NCBI GenBank assembly: GCA_041665365.1
Contig: JBAYIY010000003.1
Coordinates: 4,260 to 68,259 of the forward strand
Direction: 5' to 3'
DNA: 64,000 nucleotides
DNA from: Patescibacteria group bacterium
GTDB lineage: Bacteria; Patescibacteriota; Patescibacteriia; UBA9570
Positions 1 to 9,530 of the stretch are shown in pieces. Each line of letters starts with the position of its first letter. Positions within the stretch are counted from its first letter, which is position 1. Made by a program: the position numbers and the translations under genes. A model generated the notes under the pieces. The model saw only the letters and a program-made list of their open reading frames with translations, was not told where the DNA came from and ran no database searches.

Positions 1-426
1 AAGTTAAACCCGCAGATTTTAGAAATTCGCCGGAAGAATGTCTTGTTAGTGGATGATAGTATTGTGCGCGGTAATACTTCGCGGGAGATTATTAAAATGT
101 TGCGCGAGGCTGGGGCTAAAAAAGTTTATATGGTATCAGCGGCACCACCGGTTATATCACCGTGTGTGTATGGCGTCGATATGCCCACGCGACAAGAATT
201 AGTGGCTAACCAAGTGGGCGGCAGCATTGAAGCGATTCGTAAATATATTGGGGCAGATTTTTTACTTTATCAAACCATTGCTGATTTAATTGAGGCGGTA
301 AAAATAGACAAAGGTCCGGCGCAAGATTTCTGTACCGCCTGTTGGACCAAACAGTATCCTACCCCAGACGTCACACCAGCGGTGTTACGCAAAATTGAGC
401 AACAACGCTTACGCGATAAATCATGA
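1..426 (+). CDS. purF: amidophosphoribosyltransferase, C-terminal part (truncated at window edge)
   Basis: The PRTase motif VLLVDDSIVRGNTSREI and the C-terminal tail resemble PurF; the gene is followed by purD and purN. Confidence 0.8.
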   Translation, partial: KLNPQILEIRRKNVLLVDDSIVRGNTSREIIKMLREAGAKKVYMVSAAPPVISPCVYGVDMPTRQELVANQVGGSIEAIRKYIGADFLLYQTIADLIEAVKIDKGPAQDFCTACWTKQYPTPDVTPAVLRKIEQQRLRDKS

Positions 427-1745
427 ATATAAATGTTGCCATTATTGGGAGTGGTGCCAGAGAACATGCGCTGGCCTGGAAATTAGCGCAACAACCGGAT
501 GTAATATTATTCAATTTTGGTGCAACTGATAATCCTGGTTTGAAACAACTCTGTCAGGCGGTTATGTTAGGTGATGTTAATGATGTCACGGCGGTGCTGA
601 CTTGGTGCCAAGAACAACATGTCACGATAGTTTGGATTGGGCCAGAGGCACCTTTAGCAAGTGGTCTAGTGAATGCTTTAGAGGCGTTTGGGATTGCCTG
701 TATTGGGCCAACCCAAGAATTAGCTCAACTGGAATCATCCAAAGCCTATACCCGGAAGTTATTGGAAAAATATGATATTAACGCTTCACCGGCTTTTAAA
801 GTATTTACCACATTAGATGGTATTAGTGACTACATGTGGTCGTATCATGATAATGTGGTGATTAAACCGGATGGTTTAACTGGCGGTAAGGGTGTGCGGG
901 TGCTGGGGGAGCAACTTAAAACTCGTGAAGAGGCACTACAATATTGTACAGAATTATTTTCAACTGGCAGTGAGCGAGTTGTTATTGAAGAAAAGCTTGT
1001 GGGGCAAGAATTTTCTTTAATGAGTTTTTGTGATGGAAAACATTTAATCCATATGCCGGCTGTGCAAGATCATAAACGAGCGCAGGTAGGCGACTTAGGT
1101 TCAAACACTGGCGGCATGGGGTCTTATACCGATGTTAATCATAGTCTGCCATTTCTTAATGAACATGATATTAAACTTGCCCAGCAGATTAATGAGAAAA
1201 CAATTCAGGCTATTCAAGAAGATTGCGGCGAAGAATATAAAGGAATTCTGTATGGTGGTTTTATGGCCGTACGCGACGGTGTTCGTTTAATCGAATATAA
1301 TGTACGCTTTGGTGACCCTGAAGTGATGAACTTACTGGCGTTGTTAGATACACCGCTCATTGCTATTACCCAAGCCATTGTTAATCGATCGTTAGATCGA
1401 CTGACGGTAAAATTTTTACCATTAGCGTCAGTGTGTAAATATGTTGTACCAGCCGGGTATCCAGAGCATCCGGTTAAGGATCAATTGATTGATGTGTCGC
1501 GAGTTGATACTAAACAAGTGCAGCTGTTTTATGGAGCGGTCAATACTACCACCCAAGGTTTACAGCTGGCTGGTTCACGCGCGATCGGTTTAGTATCTAC
1601 CGGTACTACTTTGGCTGAAGCTGAGATAAAAGTAGAGCAAGAAATTAAAAAAATTACTGGGCCTGTTTTCCATCGAGCGGATATTGGTACAGCCGCTTTA
1701 GTTTCTAGCCGTGTGCAAATGTTAAAAACCATTCGTTATGCTTAA
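423..1745 (+). CDS. purD: phosphoribosylamine--glycine ligase
   Basis: N-terminus MNINVAIIGSGAREHALAWKL and ATP-grasp regions are typical of GAR synthetase; 4-nt overlap with purF. Confidence 0.9.
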   Translation: MNINVAIIGSGAREHALAWKLAQQPDVILFNFGATDNPGLKQLCQAVMLGDVNDVTAVLTWCQEQHVTIVWIGPEAPLASGLVNALEAFGIACIGPTQELAQLESSKAYTRKLLEKYDINASPAFKVFTTLDGISDYMWSYHDNVVIKPDGLTGGKGVRVLGEQLKTREEALQYCTELFSTGSERVVIEEKLVGQEFSLMSFCDGKHLIHMPAVQDHKRAQVGDLGSNTGGMGSYTDVNHSLPFLNEHDIKLAQQINEKTIQAIQEDCGEEYKGILYGGFMAVRDGVRLIEYNVRFGDPEVMNLLALLDTPLIAITQAIVNRSLDRLTVKFLPLASVCKYVVPAGYPEHPVKDQLIDVSRVDTKQVQLFYGAVNTTTQGLQLAGSRAIGLVSTGTTLAEAEIKVEQEIKKITGPVFHRADIGTAALVSSRVQMLKTIRYA

Positions 1746-2280
1746 TATTGCTGTGCTTGGTTCAACCCAAGGCGCCGATCTTCAGGCTTTGCTTGATGCT
1801 AAGGTTAACATTGTGGTGGTGTTATCCAATAAACCGTTAGCCGGTATTTTAGATAAAGCTCGGCAAGCTGGGGTCGAGGCTTTATCGTTTGAGGATAATT
1901 TTGAAGAGCAAGCCTTAGTAGTCTTAAAAAGACGCCAGGTTGATTTGATTTTATTGATTGGTTTCATGAAAATTTTATCACCTAATTTTATAAAACAATT
2001 TGAGCATAAAATATTAAATATTCATCCTTCATTACTACCTAAATATGCCGGTGGTATGAACATGAACATACATGCCGAAGTATTAAAGAATAAAGACGCA
2101 GTCACCGGTTGTACTTTACATTATGTCACAACCGAGGTGGATGCCGGCCCGATCTATGGTCAAGAAGCCGTGCCGGTGCTACCAGATGATACTCCAGAAA
2201 CTCTTAAAGCCCGCGTCCAACAAGCCGAACAGAAATTATTATTACGAGCCATTAATGAATTATCCATCTTACTGGTTTGA
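1738..2280 (+). CDS. purN: phosphoribosylglycinamide formyltransferase
   Basis: Formyl-transferase motifs (NIHPSLLP, ~180 aa) and an 8-nt overlap with purD. Confidence 0.85.
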   Translation: MLNIAVLGSTQGADLQALLDAKVNIVVVLSNKPLAGILDKARQAGVEALSFEDNFEEQALVVLKRRQVDLILLIGFMKILSPNFIKQFEHKILNIHPSLLPKYAGGMNMNIHAEVLKNKDAVTGCTLHYVTTEVDAGPIYGQEAVPVLPDDTPETLKARVQQAEQKLLLRAINELSILLV

Positions 2281-4303
2281 AGCCATACCAGATAAATTAC
2301 ACTTTCCAAAATTGACGGGTGATAAAACTGTTGATGTAGTTGTAGTCGGTGGGGGCATGTCCGGTATATTGACCGCCTATCTTTTAACCAAACAAGGCAA
2401 AACTGTTGTTGTGTTGGAACAAAACCATATTGGTACCGGTGATACAGGATTTACCACGGCTTTTTTGAATCGTATTCCAGATACTGACATAGTAAAATTA
2501 ACCACTAAATATGGTATTAATCGGGTGAGAGATATTTATGAAACCTATAGTGCCGCGCAGAAATTATTATTTAAACTCATTCAAGCTGAACAGATCGACT
2601 GTGATTTTATGTCTGCACCGTCACGGCATTATTCTAATATACCAAACAGTGCCGCTTTGCTCGCTGAATGGAATATTGTTAAACAACTTGATCACCAGGC
2701 GGAATGGAAAGATAATAATATACAATTTAATCAAGAAGGCTCATGGCACATTCGTAAATTCATTTTTGCCTTAGCCAAAAAATTACAAATTTACGAACAG
2801 ACAGTTGTTACTGGTATAAAAGTAAATAAAAAAAACGTACTTGTAAATACTAGTGAGGGGGAAGTTACTGCACAGAAAGTTATTGTCACCACAGGTTTAC
2901 CGGCCACACTGACGGAATGGCATCATTTATTTGAAACTAGATTATCCTATGTGATTGCCTTACAGTATGATAAACCTGTCACCTTGGCGGATGGGCAATT
3001 TTGGGACAGTGCTGAGCCGTATCATTATTATCGCAAGGTAAATGAGCGCACCATCATTTTAGGTGGTGCGGATCGATATGGTTGGCAGCCACAACCGGCG
3101 CAGACTCCATATCAGCAGTTAGAAGATTGGGCAAAACAAAACTTATCAGGAAATTTTACTGTCACGCACCGCTGGTCGGGCAGTTTGTTTGAAACTAGTG
3201 ATGGTTTACCATATATTACGCCGCATCCCTATTATCCAAAACAGGTGTGGTTGGCCTGTGGATTTTCTGGAAATGGTATGGTGGGCAGTGCCGTAGCGGC
3301 GCAGCTAATCAGTCAGGAAATAGTGTCGAAGAACTTTACATTGCAACGTACTAAACAAACATTAGCTCGCCTGACCACTTCAAACCCTATGACACAAGGT
3401 TGGTGGAAATGGCCAACCCGGTTATTGTTATTTTTAATTTATGGTGTTGCCTTAATCACTCCGGCGGTAATATTTTATCAAGATCGCGGTGGCTTTGGTT
3501 GGCAGATAAACATTTTTCCCTTGGTTGGTTTGTACGCCTTTACATTGGTGTGGGCACAAATCGTATTGGGAGCGGGGATGTGGGTATGGCGCCGGGTATT
3601 TACTTGGATTGAACCGTATCATCGTGCCGAGGGTGTGGTGGCTTTATTATTTGCTTTACTTCATCCTATTCTAATTCTTTATAGTTATGGTTTATCCAGC
3701 TATTTAGATCGTATACCGTTTCTGTATTTAGGTTATTTTCAGTTAATATTATTATGTAGCACAGTCGGTACAGCCATTTTGATGAAATGGAAAAGACTAA
3801 AACACATTTGGTTATATATTCATCTAGCGAACTATGTTGTATTTACTTCAGTCTGGATTCACAGTTGGTTTATCGGCAGCGATGTACGCTTTAGTAATTT
3901 GAAATATCTCTGGATGTTTTATGCTATAACCGCGCTGGGGGCGGTGGGGTTACGGTTATATAATTATTTCAAACCAGTGAGTGCTCGGGTTAAAACCAGT
4001 GGCTGGGTGCAGGCGGCTAAAATTTCTGCAGTGCTAATGGGGCAACCATATTTAGCTCGCGTTGGTCAATTACAAGTTGCCATATTCAACATCAAAGGTC
4101 AGTATTATGCCATCGATAATGTTTGTAGTCATGCCGGTGGGCCACTTTGCCAAGGCTCATTGAACGGAACGACCATTCAATGTCCTTGGCATGAATCAAA
4201 GTTTGATGTTGTTACCGGCCATGTTGTTACCGGTCCAGCACGACGCGACCAGCGTCGGTTTGCCACAAAAGTAGTGGGAGATAGTATCTATATTAAGTCT
4301 TAG
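2255..4303 (+). CDS. three-domain fusion: FAD-dependent (DAO-family) oxidoreductase, multi-His transmembrane domain resembling the ferric-reductase/YedZ(MsrQ) family, C-terminal Rieske [2Fe-2S] domain
   Basis: Dinucleotide-binding motif VVVVGGGMSGILTAY..VLEQ; ~6 predicted TM helices with conserved His residues; C-terminal CSHAGGPL..CPWHESKF Rieske box. The start was chosen at ATG 2255 (MNYPSYW) rather than ORF-track 2123, which lies deep inside purN. Confidence 0.6.
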   Translation: MNYPSYWFEAIPDKLHFPKLTGDKTVDVVVVGGGMSGILTAYLLTKQGKTVVVLEQNHIGTGDTGFTTAFLNRIPDTDIVKLTTKYGINRVRDIYETYSAAQKLLFKLIQAEQIDCDFMSAPSRHYSNIPNSAALLAEWNIVKQLDHQAEWKDNNIQFNQEGSWHIRKFIFALAKKLQIYEQTVVTGIKVNKKNVLVNTSEGEVTAQKVIVTTGLPATLTEWHHLFETRLSYVIALQYDKPVTLADGQFWDSAEPYHYYRKVNERTIILGGADRYGWQPQPAQTPYQQLEDWAKQNLSGNFTVTHRWSGSLFETSDGLPYITPHPYYPKQVWLACGFSGNGMVGSAVAAQLISQEIVSKNFTLQRTKQTLARLTTSNPMTQGWWKWPTRLLLFLIYGVALITPAVIFYQDRGGFGWQINIFPLVGLYAFTLVWAQIVLGAGMWVWRRVFTWIEPYHRAEGVVALLFALLHPILILYSYGLSSYLDRIPFLYLGYFQLILLCSTVGTAILMKWKRLKHIWLYIHLANYVVFTSVWIHSWFIGSDVRFSNLKYLWMFYAITALGAVGLRLYNYFKPVSARVKTSGWVQAAKISAVLMGQPYLARVGQLQVAIFNIKGQYYAIDNVCSHAGGPLCQGSLNGTTIQCPWHESKFDVVTGHVVTGPARRDQRRFATKVVGDSIYIKS

Positions 4304-6165
4304 TTCAGCGTACTGAAAGGAACTAATTTAGAATATCTGCCACCCAAATAGGTACCAACAGCGCGCACGTGAACCTTATAGGCAGTGGCGGCGGTGAGGC
4401 CTTTAACGGTGAGTTGGTGTTTGGTTGTGATAACCTGTTTTTTTAGTTTGTTACCATGTTTAATTTGCAACACATAAAGATCGGCTCCGGCAACAGTGCG
4501 CCAACGAATTTGTGCTCCTTTGCTTGTTTCTTTTGAAACTGTCACATGTTTTACTTTGGCTGGAGCAGTCAGAGCAGTACCGCTTGGCGAATAACTAGTC
4601 GTACCAACATCGTTAACATAGACAGCACCAATTAGTTCAGCTTCTTGACCATCCGGATTAATCACATCAACATTTTGAAAACCACCGGATCCACCACTGG
4701 GTAGCAAACCAACTATGGCAGTATCGGTCACGGTTAGATCAATTAATGGTACACCGCCAATGGCTGCGACTGCACCATCCACAAAGCCGGAGCCACTAAT
4801 GGTAATAGTGGTAGCCGTACTATCATCAGCTGTTTCCGGTGACACTGAATAAATAGTTGGAGCTGTATCTGTCGTCACAACTAAGGCATTTGCTACAGTC
4901 GTTTGTTTACCACTGGGTGAAGTAACGCGAATGCCATATGTACCGTTACTTAATGAACTTGGTACAGTGACTTGAATTTCTGTACTGCTCACAACAGCCA
5001 CGGTATCAGCTTCAACAATAGAACGGATGGCAGCACTACTGGATGAACCAGGTATAAACGATACAGTTGAGTTGGCTAAGAAATTATTGCCATATAACCA
5101 AACTAAACCACTTGGTTGCGCAGTGGCTTGGCCGGGTCCACCATAAAAGCTGGCTGTTCCACTGACAGTAGTAGCATCTGGGCAGGTTTGGCCAGCTGGT
5201 AGTTTTACCCAAAGTATATAGTAACCAGCATTCAAGAAGACACCACTGTTAATGCCGGCTGTTCCAGAAGTCACATAATCATCAGACCCAAATGGGGTAA
5301 TGTACCAATCACCAGAACTTTCCACCTGGACTTGTTGAGCACGATATAAATACATTTTAGCCGGTGTCGCTATAGCACCACCACTATCACCACCGCAACT
5401 TTCACTGGCTTGAGCAGTTTGAGAATCGAAAGATGGTTTAACGGAAGCATCATCAGTAATGCGCACATCATCAATCAGCCAGCCGCGAAAACCATTATAT
5501 TTTTCATCCATCGTATCAAAACTGAATTTGAGTTTTATGGTACTACCAACGTACTCCGACAAATCAGCTTGCGTATGAATCCATTGTCCAATTTCACCCA
5601 AACCGCCAGAGCTATATGGTTTAAATGATTCACCATCAACATCATTAATTGGGTTCATACCAACTACTTTAGCCCAAGTGACGCCATCATCGGTCGTAAC
5701 GTAGGTATCCATTAAATCATAACGATCAACATCGACACCTTCTATTTCCCACCAGCTCCAAAAAGTTAAGTCAGCATTAGCAGCTGTTGTTAGATCAATT
5801 GATTGGCTGACTAGTTCTCCAGAATTTGATAGAGCTGACCAGCCACCATTTTTTTCCACTTGATCAGCCAAAGTCCAGTCACCTAAAAATGTGCCATCTG
5901 CACTACTGCCATACCACCAGACATAATCACCCGAATAGGCCGATGGTAAGTAGCCAAAATCAGGCAATGATACCAAAGCTGGGTTAATGTCACTTGAAAT
6001 GGCCACATCATTTGGATTAGCCTGGAGGTGCCATTGGCCAGTACTGGTCCAATTACCCACGCCACTTTCCATATCGTCAAAAAATAATGTCGCGGCACTG
6101 ACTGGTTGTGAGCTTAAGCTAAGAGCCAAGCCACAAATGATACCGAGCAAAAGTCCTTTTTTCAT
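4300..6165 (-). CDS. secreted surface protein with IPT/TIG-like and C-terminal fibronectin type III domains
   Basis: N-terminal signal peptide MKKGLLLGIICGLALSLSSQPVSAA; Ig-like/TIG repeats; C-terminal FN3-like segment (..WRTVAGADLYVLQ..YKVHVRAVG). Confidence 0.55.
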   Translation of the reverse strand: MKKGLLLGIICGLALSLSSQPVSAATLFFDDMESGVGNWTSTGQWHLQANPNDVAISSDINPALVSLPDFGYLPSAYSGDYVWWYGSSADGTFLGDWTLADQVEKNGGWSALSNSGELVSQSIDLTTAANADLTFWSWWEIEGVDVDRYDLMDTYVTTDDGVTWAKVVGMNPINDVDGESFKPYSSGGLGEIGQWIHTQADLSEYVGSTIKLKFSFDTMDEKYNGFRGWLIDDVRITDDASVKPSFDSQTAQASESCGGDSGGAIATPAKMYLYRAQQVQVESSGDWYITPFGSDDYVTSGTAGINSGVFLNAGYYILWVKLPAGQTCPDATTVSGTASFYGGPGQATAQPSGLVWLYGNNFLANSTVSFIPGSSSSAAIRSIVEADTVAVVSSTEIQVTVPSSLSNGTYGIRVTSPSGKQTTVANALVVTTDTAPTIYSVSPETADDSTATTITISGSGFVDGAVAAIGGVPLIDLTVTDTAIVGLLPSGGSGGFQNVDVINPDGQEAELIGAVYVNDVGTTSYSPSGTALTAPAKVKHVTVSKETSKGAQIRWRTVAGADLYVLQIKHGNKLKKQVITTKHQLTVKGLTAATAYKVHVRAVGTYLGGRYSKLVPFSTLN

Positions 6166-6222
6166 ATTTTTTCTCCCCCTTAATTTTTAAAAACTTATCT
6201 CTTTACTTCAGTATAGGATAAC

Positions 6223-6251
6223 TTGTTTAATCTGGCTAGTTCCGCTATGCT
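6223..6251 (+). promoter_or_regulatory. candidate sigma70-type promoter of purH (TTGTTT-17-TATGCT), positioned for a leaderless transcript
   Basis: -35 at 6223-6228, -10 at 6246-6251, start codon at 6258. Confidence 0.3.
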
Positions 6252-6257
6252 GGGCAC

Positions 6258-7760
6258 ATGATTAAACGCGCCTTAGTTAGTGTTTCTGATAAAACTGGCA
6301 TTGAAGAATTGGCTCGTGAATTGATCGAATTAGGAGTAGAAATTGTCTCCACTGGTGGTACCGCGAAACGTCTCGCGGACGCTGGCGTGACTGTGCGCAC
6401 CATTGATGATCTGACCGGCTTTCCAGAAATGATGGATGGCCGCGTAAAAACTCTCCACCCCAATGTGCATGGTGGTATTTTAGCGGTGCGGGATAATCCG
6501 GTGCACATGGCTGCGGCGAAAGAACATCATATTGAAATGATAGATTTGGTAGTAGTGAATCTATATCCATTTGAGTCTAAACCTAGTATTGAAAATATTG
6601 ATATCGGTGGGCCAGCCATGGTGCGGTCAGCGGCGAAGAATTATCACGATGTTATCGTAGTAGTTGACCCATTAGATTATTCTATAGTATTAGATGAACT
6701 CAAACAAAATCAAACTGTGTCTGAACAAACTCGTTACTACTTAATGCAAAAAGCCTTTGCGCATACGGGGTACTATGATTCTATGATTGCTAATTACATG
6801 AATCAAACCCGCGTGTTTACGACCGAACTCAGTTTTGGTTATCGTAAAGTGGCCAATTTACGGTACGGCGAAAATCCACATCAAGCCGCTGCGTATTATG
6901 CCGAACCTTTATTTCATGGCAGCAGTATTGTGCAAGCCGATATTTTACAAGGTAAGCAATTATCCTATAACAACATCATGGATGCTGATGCTGCCTTACG
7001 TTTGATCGTTGAATTTCATCAACCCGCCGCAGCGATTATTAAACACACTAATCCGTGTGGTACGGCAGTAGCTGATAATATTACAACCGCTTTTACTAAA
7101 GCTTATGAAACAGACAGCCTATCGGCTTTTGGTGGGGTCGTGGCTTTAAATCGAACGTGTACGGTGGAGATTGCAGAATTATTGAGTAAAGTTTTTGTGG
7201 AAATAATTCTGGCGCCGGATTTTGAAGACAAAGCCGTTGAGGTGATGAATAAAAAACCCAATGTGCGCTTGTTAAAACTAGGTGCTTTAACTCCACCGGA
7301 CGGAACTTGGGAAACGCGCAAAATATTAGGTGGTGCCTTAGTGCAAGACACCGACACAAAAATTATTACTGAGCATAATTTGTCTTTTGTCACTGATAAT
7401 AAACCTACCAAAGAGCAGGTATCAGATTTATTATTTGCTTGGACAGTATGTAAACATGTTAAATCCAATGCGATTGTTCTAGCACAAAATGGGGTAACCT
7501 TAGGAGTAGGCGCCGGTCAGATGTCTCGGATAGAGGCTGTTAATATTGCTTTACAAAAAGCTGGCGATAAAACCCAAGGAGCCGTGCTGGCGTCGGATGC
7601 CTTTTTCCCCTTTAGAGATTCCGTTGATGCTTTAGCCAAAGCCGGAGTTAGTGCCATTATTCAACCGGGTGGTTCAGTGAAAGATCTTGCCGTGATTGAA
7701 GCAGCTAATGAGCATAATATTGCCATGGTATTTACCGGGCACAGAGCCTTTTTACATTAA
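6258..7760 (+). CDS. purH: bifunctional AICAR transformylase / IMP cyclohydrolase
   Basis: MGS-like N-terminus (VSVSDKTGIEELAREL..GGT) and AICARFT domain; 500 aa. Confidence 0.9.
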   Translation: MIKRALVSVSDKTGIEELARELIELGVEIVSTGGTAKRLADAGVTVRTIDDLTGFPEMMDGRVKTLHPNVHGGILAVRDNPVHMAAAKEHHIEMIDLVVVNLYPFESKPSIENIDIGGPAMVRSAAKNYHDVIVVVDPLDYSIVLDELKQNQTVSEQTRYYLMQKAFAHTGYYDSMIANYMNQTRVFTTELSFGYRKVANLRYGENPHQAAAYYAEPLFHGSSIVQADILQGKQLSYNNIMDADAALRLIVEFHQPAAAIIKHTNPCGTAVADNITTAFTKAYETDSLSAFGGVVALNRTCTVEIAELLSKVFVEIILAPDFEDKAVEVMNKKPNVRLLKLGALTPPDGTWETRKILGGALVQDTDTKIITEHNLSFVTDNKPTKEQVSDLLFAWTVCKHVKSNAIVLAQNGVTLGVGAGQMSRIEAVNIALQKAGDKTQGAVLASDAFFPFRDSVDALAKAGVSAIIQPGGSVKDLAVIEAANEHNIAMVFTGHRAFLH

Positions 7761-7761
7761 T

Positions 7762-9513
7762 ATGTCTCACCAATACATTGCCGTTATCGATTTTGGTTCA
7801 CAATTTGCTCATCTGATTGCGCGCCGGATTCGGCAGCATGGCGTGCTAGCGAAAATATTTACACCCGATACAAATCCTACTGAATACGCTGATGCCAAAG
7901 GTATAATTTTATCCGGTGGGCCCAAGAGTACTATTGCGGAAGATGCTGTGCCATATAATCATCGTTTGTTCGATATTAAGGTACCGATTTTAGGTTTATG
8001 TTACGGACATCAATTAATTGCCCTGCATTTTGGTGGTCAAGTGGCCAAAGGTAAAACCAAAGAGTACGGTCAGGCTGATCTAACAATCACTCAGCCCGAT
8101 GTTATTTTTACCAGTCTATCTAAAAAACAAAGAGTTTGGATGAGCCATTGGGATGTAGTTACCCAAGTTCCGGCTGGTTTTACAGTGATTGGTCGAACAG
8201 CAGATTGCGACATGGCCGCCATGGTTAACCCCACCAAAAAAATCTGGAGTTTTCAATACCATCTGGAAGTGCATCACACCACACATGGTTTAAAAATGTT
8301 GGAGAATTTCTTGTTTAAAATTTGTCAGGTGCGCGCCGATTGGAATATAGCGAAGATTGAACAAGAGATTATTAAAGATATTAAAAAAACTATACCAAAC
8401 CATAAACAAGTCTTTGTGTTGTTATCCGGCGGAGTCGATTCGACTGTAACTTTTGCTTTGTTAGAAAAAGCCTTGGGCAAGAAACGGGTTTATGGTTTAC
8501 ATATCGATAATGGTTTTATGCGCTTAAATGAAAGTAAGCAAGTTCTTTTCGCTTTGAAAAAAGCCGGTTTCGGTAATATGCATATGGTGGATGCCTCAGA
8601 GCGGTTTTTGCAATCTGTGGCTGGTATGACTGATCCAGAAAAAAAACGTCAGGCCATTGGTGAAATGTTTATTGAGATTGCCAATGAAGAAATAAAAAAA
8701 ATGTTGTTGTTGGATAATTATATATTGGGTCAAGGTACAATTTATCCAGATACGATCGAATCTGGTGGTACCAAACACGCTGATAAAATTAAAACTCATC
8801 ATAATCAAATAGATTTGATTAAACAAATGATTAAAGATGGGAAAGTAATTGAACCATTACGCAATCTTTATAAAGATGAAGTGCGCGCGATCGGTAAAAG
8901 ACTGGGCATAGCCACGAGTTTATTACAACGTCAACCTTTTCCCGGGCCTGGTTTAGCGATTCGCACATTATGTTCCGATGGTCAGAATCCGGTAGTCGCT
9001 GCCGGGATTTTGCCAATGAAATCAGTGGGCGTACAGGGTGATGAACGATCCTACAAACATCCCGCCATTATTACTAAACCAAAAACTTGGTCGCAACTCA
9101 ATGAATTATCTGTGCGTTTAACCAATGAAGTGTTTCATATTAATCGTGTGCTTTGGCTGGTAGCAGGTAAAAATATCTCACAAGCCAAAATGCATCCCGC
9201 TTATCTAACTAAAGCTAGATTGGATTTATTAAGACAAGCCGATGACATTGTACAACGAGTCATGCGGCAAGATAAACTCACCAAAGATATTTGGCAATTT
9301 CCCGTAGTACTGGTGCCGTTTGGCAGAAATCAGACCGGTGAAACCATAGTTTTACGACCAATTCAATCACAAGAAGCTATGACGGTAAATTTTTACCCCA
9401 TGCCCAGAGCGAGTTTAAAGAAGATAACCAAACAGTTATTAAAACTTCCAAAGGTTGAGTATGTTTGTTATGATGTCACCAATAAACCACCTGCTACCAT
9501 TGAGTGGGAATAA
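7762..9513 (+). CDS. guaA: GMP synthase (glutamine-hydrolysing)
   Basis: Class I GATase N-terminus (IAVIDFGSQFAHLIARRIR..LGLCYGHQ) and ATP-PPase P-loop (LLSGGVDSTV). The start was moved to ATG 7762 (MSHQYIAV), which abuts the purH stop. Confidence 0.9.
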   Translation: MSHQYIAVIDFGSQFAHLIARRIRQHGVLAKIFTPDTNPTEYADAKGIILSGGPKSTIAEDAVPYNHRLFDIKVPILGLCYGHQLIALHFGGQVAKGKTKEYGQADLTITQPDVIFTSLSKKQRVWMSHWDVVTQVPAGFTVIGRTADCDMAAMVNPTKKIWSFQYHLEVHHTTHGLKMLENFLFKICQVRADWNIAKIEQEIIKDIKKTIPNHKQVFVLLSGGVDSTVTFALLEKALGKKRVYGLHIDNGFMRLNESKQVLFALKKAGFGNMHMVDASERFLQSVAGMTDPEKKRQAIGEMFIEIANEEIKKMLLLDNYILGQGTIYPDTIESGGTKHADKIKTHHNQIDLIKQMIKDGKVIEPLRNLYKDEVRAIGKRLGIATSLLQRQPFPGPGLAIRTLCSDGQNPVVAAGILPMKSVGVQGDERSYKHPAIITKPKTWSQLNELSVRLTNEVFHINRVLWLVAGKNISQAKMHPAYLTKARLDLLRQADDIVQRVMRQDKLTKDIWQFPVVLVPFGRNQTGETIVLRPIQSQEAMTVNFYPMPRASLKKITKQLLKLPKVEYVCYDVTNKPPATIEWE

Positions 9514-9530
9514 TTATTAACAAGGGAACT

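Noticed and set aside
2123-2254. Upstream extension of the oxidoreductase ORF into purN
   Set aside because: It would overlap the last 158 nt of purN in another frame; the ATG at 2255 (MNYPSYW) gives a conventional short overlap
6166-6257. Possible ZTP (pfl) riboswitch upstream of purH, and a T-box upstream of trpS
   Set aside because: The purH leader is only ~90 nt and lacks the conserved ZTP pseudoknot sequences; trpS overlaps the upstream gene and has no leader at all
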